DNA of 64,000 nucleotides. Source: Macrostomum hystrix (taxonomy: Eukaryota > Animalia > Platyhelminthes). The DNA is taken from positions 434,001 through 498,000 of the forward strand of contig CATNEN010000039.1 in assembly GCA_950097015.1 (NCBI GenBank), read 5' to 3'. Position numbers and translations under genes: made by a program. Under the pieces are notes generated by a model. The model ran no database searches. It worked only from the letters and a program-made list of their open reading frames with translations, and was not told the DNA's origin. This document shows positions 24,009 to 36,065 of the stretch, piece by piece; position 1 is the first letter of the stretch, and each line of letters opens with the position of its first letter.

Positions 24009-27000
24009 ATGACTGACACTGCGGCAACTGCATTGACTGCTGGATTGGAAGAACTTCAGGCCGATGGAACTGATGAATCGGATCTGCTCAAAGTACAGCC
24101 CGCCGGTCCTCAAGATCGCTTAGTGGAAACCAAGCTTTCTGCTGCAGAAGACGGCGTACCAACGATCCAGGCCCCAATAGTTCAGGAAGCTAAAGTCCAG
24201 CCTACTGAAGCAGACATTCGTCCCTCTGAAGCTGAGGAAGATAACATCCAGGCTACTGACGCTGAAGTTCATCCAACTGCAGCTGAGGAAGATAACATCC
24301 AGGCTACTGACGCTGAAGTTCATCCAACTGCAGCTGAGGAAGATAACATCCAGGCTACTGACGCTGAAGTTCATCCAACTGAAGCTGAGGAAGATAACAT
24401 CCAGGCTACTGACGCTGAAGTTCATACAACTGCAGCTGAGGAAGATAACATCCAGGCTACTGACGCTGAAGTTCATCCAACTGAAGCTGAGGAAGATAAC
24501 ATCCAGGCTACTGACGCTGAAGTTCATACAACTGCAGCTGAGGAAGATAACATCCAGGCTACTGACGCTGAAGTTCATCCAACTGAAGCTGAGGAAGATA
24601 ACATCCAGGCTACTGACGCTGAAGTTCATCCAACTGCAGCTGAGGAAGATAGCTCAGAAGCTCAGAAAGCTGAGATCAAGGCTACTGACGCTGACATTCA
24701 TGCCACTGAAGCTGAGATACAGGCTACTGACTCTGGCATTCATCCCATTGAAGCTCAGGAAGCTGAGATCCAGGCTACTGAAGCAGAGGCTGCTCTTGAA
24801 AATGACGTCACTAAGCCAGACACCACAATTACAGAGTCAGAAGTTAAAACTAGAGCACAGGCCGAAGACCAAGTTATGAGTGATTCCGCTTTGGACTCAA
24901 ATAATCATGCAGAGACGGATATAGGTCTCACTGATGCTGCATCAGCCGAGATCCAAGAGGCGACTGTGTCAGAAGTAGCGGTTGCATCCATTATGCTGTC
25001 ACAAGGCGCGGCAGACTTAGATGTTAACGACACCGAGGAAGTCATGGCTGATTCAGAGATGTCCGAGACATTTGGCGAGGCGTCAGAAGCGGCGCTAACT
25101 GAGGTTGCCAATGAGACGGACGATGCCATTATGGCCGAGGCCGAGGCCGCGCTGAACGAAGTTGAGGCACAGGCAGCTGCAGCAGAGGGCACCGTAGGAA
25201 CCGAAGTGGGTGCTGAACCTATGGATGCAGACGCTGAGTCAGCAGCAGCTGAAAAGTTTGAGACTGGCGATTCGGACAGTGTTGAGCAGCCCGCCTCTGC
25301 TGGTGCCGGAACCGCTAGAGCTTCGATTCGAACGCCTTCAATCGCGGCTGCTGTAGCCGCAGCCGCCAAGGCAGCTGCTGCGGCGGCAGCTGGAGGCGGG
25401 CAGGTGTCGACGCAGCGGCCGTCCAAGCCTCGCAAGCCCATCGGCACTGGGAGGCGATCGCGCCAAGCCAGGCGGGACCCTCTGGAGCCTGTAAATCCGC
25501 GTTCCGCCTACACCATCTTTGTGAAGGAGAAGATGGAGGAGCTGGGCGTGCACATCAAGGACACGCCGGATCTAAAGCTGAAGGGCAAGGAGCAGATTAA
25601 AGTGGTCGCGCAGCAATGGCGGGACCTATCTGCGGAGGAAAAAGAGCGCTATCAGCAGATGTTCACAAATGCTTTCGCGCATTACGAACAGGAACTAGCC
25701 GCCTACAAGCAGACGGAGTCGCACCGGCTGTTCCAGGTGAGCTGTATGCAGGTATACATTTTTAGCACTTTAAAAAATCACAGTGGTATATAAATAAATA
25801 TCCTCCTGCTTTTAATTTCCATCGCAGGAGAAGCTGAAGGCAATGGATGCAGAGAAGGCGAAGAACAACCCGTCCACTTCGTCTGCGCCAAACCCGGCCA
25901 ATGCGGCCGCAGCTGCCGCCGCCGCCGCAGCCAAGAAAAAAGCAAGCAGTGGTCTCGGAGGCGTGACGGCCAAGATCGCTGCTGTTGGCGGCGGCGTCAA
26001 TAAGGTGACGTCATCGGCTGCCGTTACCGCTGCACCGGTCGTGGCCGCAAACACTGGAGCCGGTATGGTTCGCGTGAAGGAGGAGATGCCCATCCAGCAG
26101 CAGCAGACAGCCCAAACAGTCTTACCCCAACAGTTGCTGCAGGGCATTGTGCAGCTGCCACAGGGCCTATCGACCATGTCTGCAGCACCTGTGTCGGTGT
26201 CCGGGGCTCCTGGCCAGCCACTACTGACGGCCACCCCAATCCCGCTAAACTCGCTGAACCAATTCGTGTCCGTGTCCCAGCTGCAGCATCTGTTGCCACC
26301 AGGCACCGTCACCCTGCTGGCTGTCACGCAGCAACAGCCGCAGCAACTCCAACAGTCGCAGCTGCAGCAGCAACTAGCCGCTCAGCTACCTGCGCCGTCA
26401 CAGATGCATCCTCAATCGCAGCTCCAGCAGCAACAGCAGGTGATCGTTTCTTCGCAGGCTTTGCTACCCAGCTTCCCCGAACTCAGCCAGCCGGCCTTGC
26501 TGGCCTACGGCGGCGCCCAGCCTGCGCAGCTGCAGCAGCTCCAGCCCCAGCAACAGCAGCAGGCGTCAGTGTCCTACGCATTCAGTGGCGCCAGCGTCCC
26601 CCTGCTGGACTCTTTTGTGCAGAGCAGCTCAGCTGGTAGCGGCTTGCTGGAGATGGACAGCAAGCTGGGGCTGGTAGTGAGCCAGCAGGCGCTGCAACAG
26701 CCAGACATGAAGCCCCTGGTGAGCGTGGCCAACCTGCAGATCGTGAACGCAGTTGCCGCGGCTAACAAACCCATGCAGTACATGACTGAGATTGTGGGCA
26801 TGATCCAGCGCATCGCACAGGCTATGGACCGCAAAGCATCGGGCCAGCCGACTCAGGGTCTGGAAGAGGCCGTGATGCAGCTGCGGAACAAGATGTTTGA
26901 GGCACAGAACTTCTACCAGACCACGGGCCGTGACTTTGTCAGCGAGCTGCAGGCGCAGATCGACAAGATCCTACCATCGCTTAATGATGTGCGCAACGAG

Positions 27001-27063
27001 GTTCTGTACAAGCTACAGGACGTCATCCGGTCCATGATCTTCTCACCGCAGCAGCAGATCTGA
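24009..27063 (+). CDS. HMG-box protein (HMG20-like box) with acidic repeat N-terminus and Q-rich region; exons 24009-25736 and 25828-27063
   Basis: RDPLEPVNPRSAYTIFVKE...VAQQWRDLSAEEKERY...YEQELAAYKQTE HMG box; phase-0 GT-AG intron joins the two ORFs. Confidence 0.85.
24232..24650. repeat. 51-bp coding tandem repeat (AEEDNIQATDAEVHPT[A/E]) x~8
   Basis: Visible in DNA and protein. Confidence 0.95.
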
Positions 27064-27939
27064 TTTAGCCTCCAATGTCACCGCTTCAGTCTGCTCTCTG
27101 GCTTCTTACTGACTGTTTTGTGCTGGGCTGCCTTCATACCAAATCTGACTGGAAAGCCGCTTGCACCAACCGCCTGTGTAAATCTCCTGTCCTACCGCCC
27201 TGTGTTGTACCTGAGCTCTTTTTTACTCTCTAATTTAGCCGCAGCTTGTCTGGCTGCCAGTGCTAGTGACTGGGCACCCTTCAGCAGCCGACCCGTTGCC
27301 GTTCATCCCTGCTTGGCAGCTTGCTCGCCCATTGCGCACTTTGCTGACTAGTTTGACTAAGTTTCCTGCTGTAACTTTTGCTTACAATGTGGCATCTCCT
27401 GTACAAAGACGAACAGCCGAGTGCAGTTTTATGCTAATTAAAAGCGTTATTGTTGACTTTGTCATTGCATCATCAGGTTTGCTTTAGAGATTCCCTTGTT
27501 TCCCACGCCTTTCCCTTACTCTTTTCACTGTTTGTTTGCCTGGTATTTAAACTGACGCCCGTCTGCCACTAGAAATGTGGACCCAGTTTTCACAGCAACC
27601 GAACTCATCGGCCTGCTGAGCTGTACATAGAGACCTTCTGTGTGCCCCCAGCCCCAATTTCCTGCTATGAACTGCTTGTAGCAATGCATTAAAGCTGCAG
27701 CAATTCTATTTATCAATGAATATTTGCGACCGCAACCATTTTTTACGATCCTCTTTAAGCCCGGCACTAGTTGTTTGTTTCTCTTGTTTTTCTGTCAGTG
27801 CGTCTCTTTATCATCAGTTTCTTTTCTTCTGATCTACTACTTACTCTGCTGTCTTATAGCAAGTGAAATATATTTATCATCCGCGACTGTACCACTGGCT
27901 CCTGTGGCTGCTGTCTTTCTTCCTCTGCTTTGCGAGACC

Positions 27940-28912
27940 GCTCATAGCTAGGGCTCATAGCTAGGTCACTGATGATGACATAAGGTGTGCTTCAGGGCTC
28001 ATAGCTAGGTCACTGATGATGACATACGGTGTGCTTCAGGGCTCATAGCTAGGTCACTGATGATGACATACGGTGTGCTTCAGGGCTCATAGCTAGGTCA
28101 CTGATGATGACATACGGTGTGCTTCAGGGCTCATAGCTAGGTCACTGATGATGACATACGGTGTGCTTCAGAGCTCATAGCTAGGGCTCATAGCTAGGTC
28201 ACTGATGATGACATAAGGTGTGCTTCAGGGCTCATAGCTAGGTCACTGATGATGACATACGGTGTGCTTCAGAGCTCATAGCTAGGTCACTGATGATGAC
28301 ATACGGTGTGCTTCAGAGCTCATAGCTAGGTCACTGATGATGACATACGGTGTGCTTCAGAGCTCATAGCTAGGTCACTGATGATGACATACGGTGTGCT
28401 TCAGAGCTCATAGCTAGGTCACTGATGATGACATACGGTGTGCTTCAGAGCTCATAGCTAGGGCTCATAGCTAGGTCACTGATGATGACATACGGTGTGC
28501 TTCAGGGCTCATAGCTAGGTCACTGATGATGACATACGGTGTGCTTCAGAGCTCATAGCTAGGTCACTGATGATGACATACGGTGTGCTTCAGGGCTCAT
28601 AGCTAGGTCACTGATGATGACATACGGTGTGCTTCAGAGCTCATAGCTAGGTCACTGATGATGACATACGGTGTGCTTCAGAGCTCATAGCTAGGTCACT
28701 GATGATGGCATAATGTGTGCTTCAGAGCTCATAGCTAGGTCACTGATGATGACATACGGTGTGCTTCAGGGCTCATAGCTAGGTCACTGATGATGACATA
28801 CGGTGTGCTTCAGAGCTCATAGCTAGGTCACTGATGATGACATACGGTGTGCTTCAGAGCTCATAGCTAGGTCACTGATGATGACATACGGTGTGCTTCA
28901 GAGCTCATAGCT
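27940..28912. repeat. 44-bp minisatellite (gctcatagctaggtcactgatgatgacatacggtgtgcttcagr) between the HMG gene and PSMA2
   Basis: About 21 near-identical tandem units. Confidence 0.97.
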
Positions 28913-29053
28913 GCTATACGGTGTGTTGCAGGGCTCTAAGCATCATTCGCCTTATCAAGGTACACTGATTCTGTCAAAGTGAATCATATTTAGATGCCGT
29001 GCCGGATAGTAATTTCCACACTCACCCCGCCCTCAGCTGCGCAGCCATCGGCC

Positions 29054-29948
29054 ATGTCTGAACGCTACGGGTTCTCACTGACCACATTCAGCCCCAGCGG
29101 CAAGCTCGTACAGATCGAGTATGCCCTGAAGGCCGTGGAGGCCGGGGCGCCCAGCGTGGGCATTAAGGCCACCAATGGAGTTGTGCTAGCCGTGGAGAAG
29201 AAGTTCTCATCCGCTCTTATTGATGCATCCTCTGTGCACAGGTGAGCTCAGTATTTCTTTTGCAGCAGCAGACGCTGTTCAAAAAACACCATAGCCTTGC
29301 CATTAGTGTGAGCGGAAATGCACAGTTTAATTCGCTGCTCCCCAGAATCGAACCTGTGACCCGCCACTGTGGCATGGTGTACAGCGGCCTGGGTCCCGAC
29401 TTCCGAGTGGTGCTGCGGGATGCCCGCCGCTCCGCTGTGTCATACGAGCTGGCCTACGGGGAGGATATCCCGCCCGAGCAGCTGGTGCAACGGGTGGCCG
29501 CCCTCATGCAGGAGTTCACGCAGAGCGGTGGCGTTCGGCCGTTCGGCATCTCTGTGCTGCTGGCAGGCTGGGATCGCGACTCCAACCGCCCGCTGCTGTA
29601 CCAGTCCGACCCGTCCGGCACCTACTTTGCCTGGAAGTCCACCGCGCTTGGCAAGAACCATGTCAACGGCAAGACTTTCCTGGAGAAAAGGTGCGCACAA
29701 TTCATGAATGCTCTGCTGTGCTTTTGTAGGTGTGAAAATGTAGCTCAACCAATGGCAAACGACCCCACCTCAGATACAACGAGGAGCTCGAGCTCGAGGA
29801 CGCGGTGCACACGGCCATCCTTACGCTCAAGGAGAGCTTCGAGGGCCAGATGACGGAGGACAACATCGAGGTGGGCATCTGTAAGGCGGAAGGCTTCAAG
29901 AAGCTGAGCCCCGCCGAAATCAAGGACTACCTGGCCGGTATCCAGTAA
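29054..29948 (+). CDS. PSMA2: Proteasome subunit alpha type-2; exons 29054-29241, 29346-29690, 29774-29948
   Basis: [69 protein letters not shown]; GT-AG junctions in phase. Confidence 0.97.
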
Positions 29949-30576
29949 CAGTCGGCTGTTGAGTTCGATGACCAGCCGGGCTGCTGACTACTCGTTCGCG
30001 ATTGTGTTTGACATTACCTGTCCGACCTGCTTGGCGGGTCAGCTGACTCACTTAGGGTCCGTTTCTCGCAGTCGCTGCCTGTATCTATCCAGTCCGCCTC
30101 TGCTCTGTGTCCTCTTTGTGCTCAGAGCGCAGTTCTTATCACTGAGCGAATATTTAAAGTACATTTCTCTGCTGCTCAGGCCTGCTGCAGTGAGCGGCCT
30201 GCGGCATTTCTCTTGTGTTGTGCGGCCCCAGCACCAATAAAACCCCACCCTGCCCCAGCCTTCCCAGTTGCTCTGTCTATCCTGCAGCCAGCGCCCTGCT
30301 GCTCGAGAAATAACAAATAGCGAATACAAACCGGTAGGAATTCGTGCGCCTTTGTTCTGCTTGTTCATAATTGCCTTGCTAATTTCTTATTTGCCGTAAG
30401 TAATAGTTACTAGGCTTTAAGCTCCATTAAAACCCTAGCCAGCTTGAACGCTAGTATCACTATTAATTCTCGTTGGTCACCGGCCATACGAGCTAGAAGC
30501 ATTGCGTACTACGGCTCCAGGCTGAGTGCTCCGCCTTGCTAAAGTGCTCTGCTCCCCATTTCAGCCGCAACCAATC

Positions 30577-32920
30577 ATGCCTTGGCGCTCTCTGCTGGGC
30601 CTGGCTATGTTTGGCATCTTGTTGCTAAGCAGCTGCAGAGCGGACATTTACCTGCACTATCCGCGCGGCTCCAACAACCGGCTCAACGAAACCTCGGCGG
30701 CCCGGGCCAACGCCAACCGCCTGTTTGACTCGCAAAACAACAACCGCGGCGGCTACAACGTTGGCGATTACGGTGCCGGCCAGTTCGATGAGAAATACTT
30801 TTATGGCGCTGGCGGGCTCAGCCACCTGACTGTGGAGTGGACCATGCAGCACGGCTGCAGGGATGGCCGACAACGTTGTCGGGTGGTTGTGCAGGCCATG
30901 TGCCAGCCGCTGGTCACCTCCGGTCTCGACACGCTGCGCAATGGCAACTCCACGCAGACGCAGGGCTTCCAAGCTCCGGCTGGGGTCAACCCAGTGGGCG
31001 AGCCTCTAGACAGCTTCCTGGCCAGGAGGGCTGCCTCCGTCTCCGCTGAAAGGGGCCTGCATGAGCCCTTCGAATGGTGAGGCTGTGGCCTCCTCTGTCA
31101 TTCCCTGTTGCATATAGTATATCGTATCGTAGCATACGTATCCGTGTGCCCTGTGTGTTCAGTGGAATAAGCAGAACTGCCTGCCAAAGCTGTGATTTAG
31201 TTACATTTCACCGCCTCAGGTACGATGCTTGCAATACTCGTGAGCGGAACCGCGGCTTGTTCACCGCTGACCAGCGTCTGCAGGCCGGCAGCGCCGCTTA
31301 CACCAGGCAGAACCCTGCCGGCACCCGGCGCGGCTACGAATGCCCCGAGGAGCGGGATTATTATCCCTACTGGCACCCCACACCCTGGATGGACGTAGCC
31401 GTATTAACTGACGACTTGGATGAATGTCCCGCTCTGGTGGCAGCTGCGGCCGCTCCGACCCACGCCTGCGTGCGCACCTTCGCCAGCGAAAGCAGCCGAC
31501 GGCTATGGGCCGTGCCTGAAAACAATGAATTCGACTGCGCCAAGAATGGAGGCCGCTTCCTGGCCTTCTACCCCTACCTTGAGGTGAGCTGCCCTCTACC
31601 CCTACCTTGAGTGAGCTGCCCTTTACCCAGCCTTCTACCTTGAGTGAGCGGCCCCTCTACCCCTACCTTAAGATAAGCTGCCCTCTACTCCTACCTTAAG
31701 ATAAGCTGCCCTCTACCCCTACCTTAAGATGAGCTGCCCTCTACCCCTACCGTGAGTTTAGCTGCCCTCTAACCCTACCTTGAGTTAAGCTTTTGAGCTC
31801 TTTGAGCTCAGTTGAGTTAAGCCTTCTACACAAAATTTATATTTTACATCCAAAGGTCTCCGACATCGAGACCGAGGCTGCCTGCTTGGCCCGTGGCTTT
31901 CGCTGGTCAGTGCCACACCGGCACAGCCTAGCCAGCCTGCAGCCCGCCTGCCTGGTGCCTCCGCCGCCTCTGGACTGCCGCCTGGCACCCGCCACCCGGG
32001 ACAACCACCTTGGCGACAAGCTTGGCGGCGGCCCGGCTGCGTACAACTGGCGCTTGCCCAGCTTCCCCTCCGGCCAGGCCCAGCGCTGCGTCCTGCGGCT
32101 GCGCTACAATTTGACCTCCTCCGACTCTGAGCCGGCGCTGCAGCAGAACCCGCTGGTGCAGCCTGGCTTGCAGCTAACAGTTAACACCAACCAGGTCGGC
32201 CGGGTGTTTCAAGACCGCAGTCACGTGTTCCAGCTGCTCCGCGTGCCCGTACCGGTGCCTGGCGACCTCCACCATGTAGGCATCCGTGGCAAGCGAGGTG
32301 AGCAGCCGGACTTGATTTTTATTGGTGCCTCGTGACCCGAAATAATTTCCTATGTGCCCGTGACCCTTGCAGGCAACATAGTGCAGGTGTACCCTGCAGT
32401 GGAGTACGACTTCTCGCCCACGCGGCTGTCAGTGCGAACTGGCGACCACTTGTTCGTGCAATGGTCCGGCTCCAACTCGCACAACAACGGCGCCCCAGCT
32501 GGCGATGGCCAGGCGGGCGATGACGGCGCCGGCGCCAGCGGCACAGACCGAAGCAACCTGGTCGAGGCGGGGCACGCCAGTCACAACCTGCCGCTGCCCT
32601 GGGAGGCCTCCAGCTTCCTCAGCAGCGGCGCCGGCCGCATTGTGTGGGCCTGGCATGGCCAGCTGAACGGCCTTGCGCCACGCGACTTCGGCCTGACGCT
32701 GGCCTCTGCCGGCTATTACCGCTGCTTCGCTGCTGCGACCTGCGGCTCCGACAGCGAGGAGGTCAAAGCGCCGCTGGACGCCGAACTTAACGCGGCGCCG
32801 GCCAGCTTCCCGGGCCTTATTATCCGCCTGGACCGGGCCGGCCAGTTCAGTTTCGTCTGCACCCGCAACAACAACTTCTCGAACAGGAGCCACAAGTGGC
32901 TGCTCACCGTCATCGACTGA
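30577..32920 (+). CDS. DD3-3-like secreted protein; exons 30577-31076, 31220-31583, 31856-32297, 32373-32920
   Basis: Signal peptide, then [89 protein letters not shown], motifs I recognise from the DD3-3 family. Confidence 0.88.
31568..31790. repeat. ~28-bp degenerate tandem repeat spanning the DD3-3 exon 2 donor site
   Basis: Unit ctacccctaccttgag(g)tgagctgccct, about 8 copies. Confidence 0.9.
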
Positions 32921-33407
32921 CCTTCGATTCGCAGATATTTACCTATTCAGCCAATTTAGTGATCCCTTGACAATGTGATTTGCATATCTCAGGTCAGCCC
33001 ACCTCTATACTGTTTTTTAAGGCCGCAGATGTGTTATTTTCCTGTCTTTCATGTTTCATCTGGTGCTGATTTAAATAGCCAATATGCATAGTGAGTCCAC
33101 CTGTATTGATTCTGCTAATCGAAACATTTCTAGAGTCTCCGCTCCTTTGATTTCCCAGTCCACCGAGTACACCATTTATATTACTTTTTTGTCTCACGAA
33201 TAAAATGTAACGAATATTGGCATGAGCATTGCCATAAACAATTTTACTTTCAGGCCCTTGATTCAAACTTCACAGCCGGTGAAAATGCTCTGATTCAGTT
33301 TGCTTTCACGCGATTATAGAGACGGCAGTGTCTCACAGAGATGGCAATAATTAGTATAGATAATAAGCAATACCGGTATATTAAATTTCCTAATTTACTT
33401 GTTTTAA

Positions 33408-33545
33408 GGGCCCATTGTCTTGGGGTGAAAGCATTTCACTGGGTTATTGCAGAGGACCCATTGTCTCTGGGGATGAAAGCATTTCACAGCGTTATTGCAG
33501 AGGGCCCATTGTCTCTGGGGATGAAAGCATTTCACTGGGTTATTC
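33408..33545. repeat. ~48-bp tandem repeat x3
   Basis: cccattgtctctggggatgaaagcatttcac...gttattgcagagg. Confidence 0.85.
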
Positions 33546-33717
33546 ATTACTCAGCACCAGAGAGGTCAGACTTTGGGTTCAATTATTTTAATTTATAAAA
33601 TGTCTAAATTGGAGTCTTTCCGTGCTAAAATAGATGAAATCGAAGTAAAAATTAAACGGAAGACCAGCCGCTATAATTAAAATTTGCCTCAGTCATGTCT
33701 AGTAAACTGCAGTTGAC

Positions 33718-34092
33718 AGGGAGTGAGTGGCGGGGCTGTTAACGCGTTCCACCAAGGTCCTTGAGCTCGATTCCGCGGCGAGGCGACATTTATTTAGGGC
33801 GCGTAGATAAGGCTTGGGGGCTTGTCGTGCAATTTACGCCCTTAAGGGCCAAGGACCTTAAGAACCTCCAAGGCACAGTGGCACTGTACATTGCCTAACG
33901 ATGAGAAAGTCAGGGCAGATAGATGTACACACCTGTGAGCGTGTGCTTGTGTCCGGTATCTGTGTGCGTTTGTGCTCAGGTGTCAGCGAAAGACAATTGC
34001 CTCCTCACTGGTTTCGGGTCTTGTGTCACCTAATGTGCCATTAGCTATGGCACATATTGCCATAGCCCTCCTTAAATAATATTTATTTTTAC
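33718..34092 (+). mobile_element. Putative tRNA-derived SINE (~375 bp)
   Basis: A-box-like TGGCGGGGCTG and B-box-like GCTCGATTCC in the head; AT-rich tail; 15-bp TSD with one mismatch (taaactgcagttgac 33703-33717, taaactgaagttgac 34093-34107). Confidence 0.7.
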
Positions 34093-34384
34093 TAAACTGA
34101 AGTTGACTGCGTTTTGCTTGCTAGTAGCAAGTCGATTGGCCTTTCTTGTGAGCTAATATGGCATCGAAGCCGGTGGATAAGCGAGATGCCAGCTGTGTCT
34201 TCTTTATTTGCCTACTGACTAAAAGTTCGAATTTTAGAGAACTCCTACCTGCTCCGTCTGATGTGGGCGAGAGAAGCAGTCTAGTATATGTCCTGACTGC
34301 TCAGACCATTCGACGGCGTATCCGAGAGACCATGGGCTAGACTAGGAAGAAAGAAAGGCGACTGCGGATAAGCTCAATGGCCTG

Positions 34385-35088
34385 TTACTGTGAGGTGGTT
34401 GTGGGGTGGTTGAGAGATTGCTGTGAGGTGGGTTGGCATGAGGGATTGCTGTGAGGTAAGTTGGCATCAGAGATTGCTGTGAGGTGGGTTGGCATGAGAG
34501 ATTGCTGTGAGGTGGGTTGGCATGAGAGATTGCTGTGAGGTAAGTTGGCATCAGAGATTGCTGTGAGGTGGGTTGGCATGAGAGATTCCTGTGAGGTGGG
34601 TTGGCATGAGGGATTGCTGTGGGGTGGGTTGGCATGAGGGATTGCTGTGAGGTAAGTTGGCATCAGAGATTGCTGTGAGGTGGGTTGGCATGAGAGATTG
34701 CTGTGAGGTGGGTTGGCATGAGAGATTGCTGTGAGGTAAGTTGGCATCAGAGATTGCTGTGAGGTGGGTTGGCATGAGAGATTCCTGTGAGGTGGGTTGG
34801 CATGAGGGATTGCTGTGGGGTGGGTTGGCATGAGGGATTGCTGTGAGGTGGGTTAGCATGAGAGATTCCTGTGAGGTGGGTTGGCATGAGAGATTCCTGT
34901 GAGGTGGGTTGGCATGAGAGATTCCTGTGAGGTGGGTTGGCATGAGGGATTGCTGTGGGGTGGGTTGGCATGAGGGATTGCTGTGAGGTGGGTTGGCATG
35001 AGAGATTGCTGTGAGGTGGGTTAGCATGAGAGATTGCTGTGAGGTGGGTTGGCATGAGAGATTGCTGTGAGGTGGGTTAGCATGAGGG
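34385..35088. repeat. 28-bp minisatellite (gagattgctgtgaggtgggttggcatga)
   Basis: Visible tandem array. Confidence 0.97.
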
Positions 35089-35549
35089 ACAAATTGAAAG
35101 TGCAGGGCTCTGAAGCAGTTGGTGTGCAAGGAGTATATAAACTACAACTGATTAATATCATAAGTTTCAGATTCCCAGCCCCTGGCGCAGAGCGGACTTG
35201 CAGAAAACACGTCCAGCTCTGCGCTATCACGAAGCCCTGCGAAGTGTTTCAATAGCATTGAGTTGCAGCAGTTGCTGACGGACAATCGGCAGAGCCAGTC
35301 TGCTCGAATACCTCGGCTAGGCGAGGTGGTCAGAGTATCAATTTATTTGTGTTGTCGATAGAAAACTAAAGCAACAAAATTGCGAACGCAGCTCCATCTG
35401 CGGTCAGTAAGACGTGAGGCTTTGCAAGGCTGGGCGCAGACAATACGAGAAACTATGACTATTTGAACAAAGTCGAGCGATTAGGGACATTAGAAGCGCT
35501 AAGAGCAAGCTCTGTAAGGAATATTGCAGTGGGGATTCCAGCCCCGAAG

Positions 35550-35830
35550 TGTCACTCCCGCAGTTCACACTATGGGATTGCTCTTCTCAAGTGTGGCTGT
35601 CACACTCCCGCAGTTCACACTATGGGATTGTTCTTCTCAAGTGTGGCTGTCACACTCCCGCAGTTCACACTATGGGATTGTTCTTCTCAAGTGTGGCTGT
35701 CACACTCCCGCAGTTCACACTATGGGATTGCTCTTCTCAAGTGTGGCTGTCACACCCCCGCAGTTCACACTATGGGATTGCTCTTCTCAAGTGTGGCTGT
35801 CACACTCCCGCAGTTCACACCTTGGGATTT
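35550..35830. repeat. 50-bp minisatellite x~5.5
   Basis: cacactcccgcagttcacactatgggattgytcttctcaagtgtggctgt. Confidence 0.95.
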
Positions 35831-36065
35831 CCACTGCTTCGCTAGCCTTAAAAAGCAGTGACAGACTAGATGCTAGCCTGAGGGAGAGGGTGGCAGTCAT
35901 CAAACCCGAGTGCAGAATGAAAGCAAAATAGGAAAGCGCACTGAAGAGAGAAACGAGTAGCTGGAGTGGGGTGCGAAGCCACGTGCCAAAAGACGCCGGC
36001 TAGCAAAGCCCAGGCATTCAGCGCAGAAGTTTATGACACAAATCAGTGAGTTCCAGAGCCAGCTA

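Noticed and set aside
27940-28912. CRISPR-like appearance of regular repeats (also other arrays)
   Set aside because: Head-to-tail units with no unique spacers, no cas genes, eukaryotic context
33718-33790. Functional tRNA gene
   Set aside because: Degenerate boxes, no full cloverleaf, continues into a SINE-like body with a TSD
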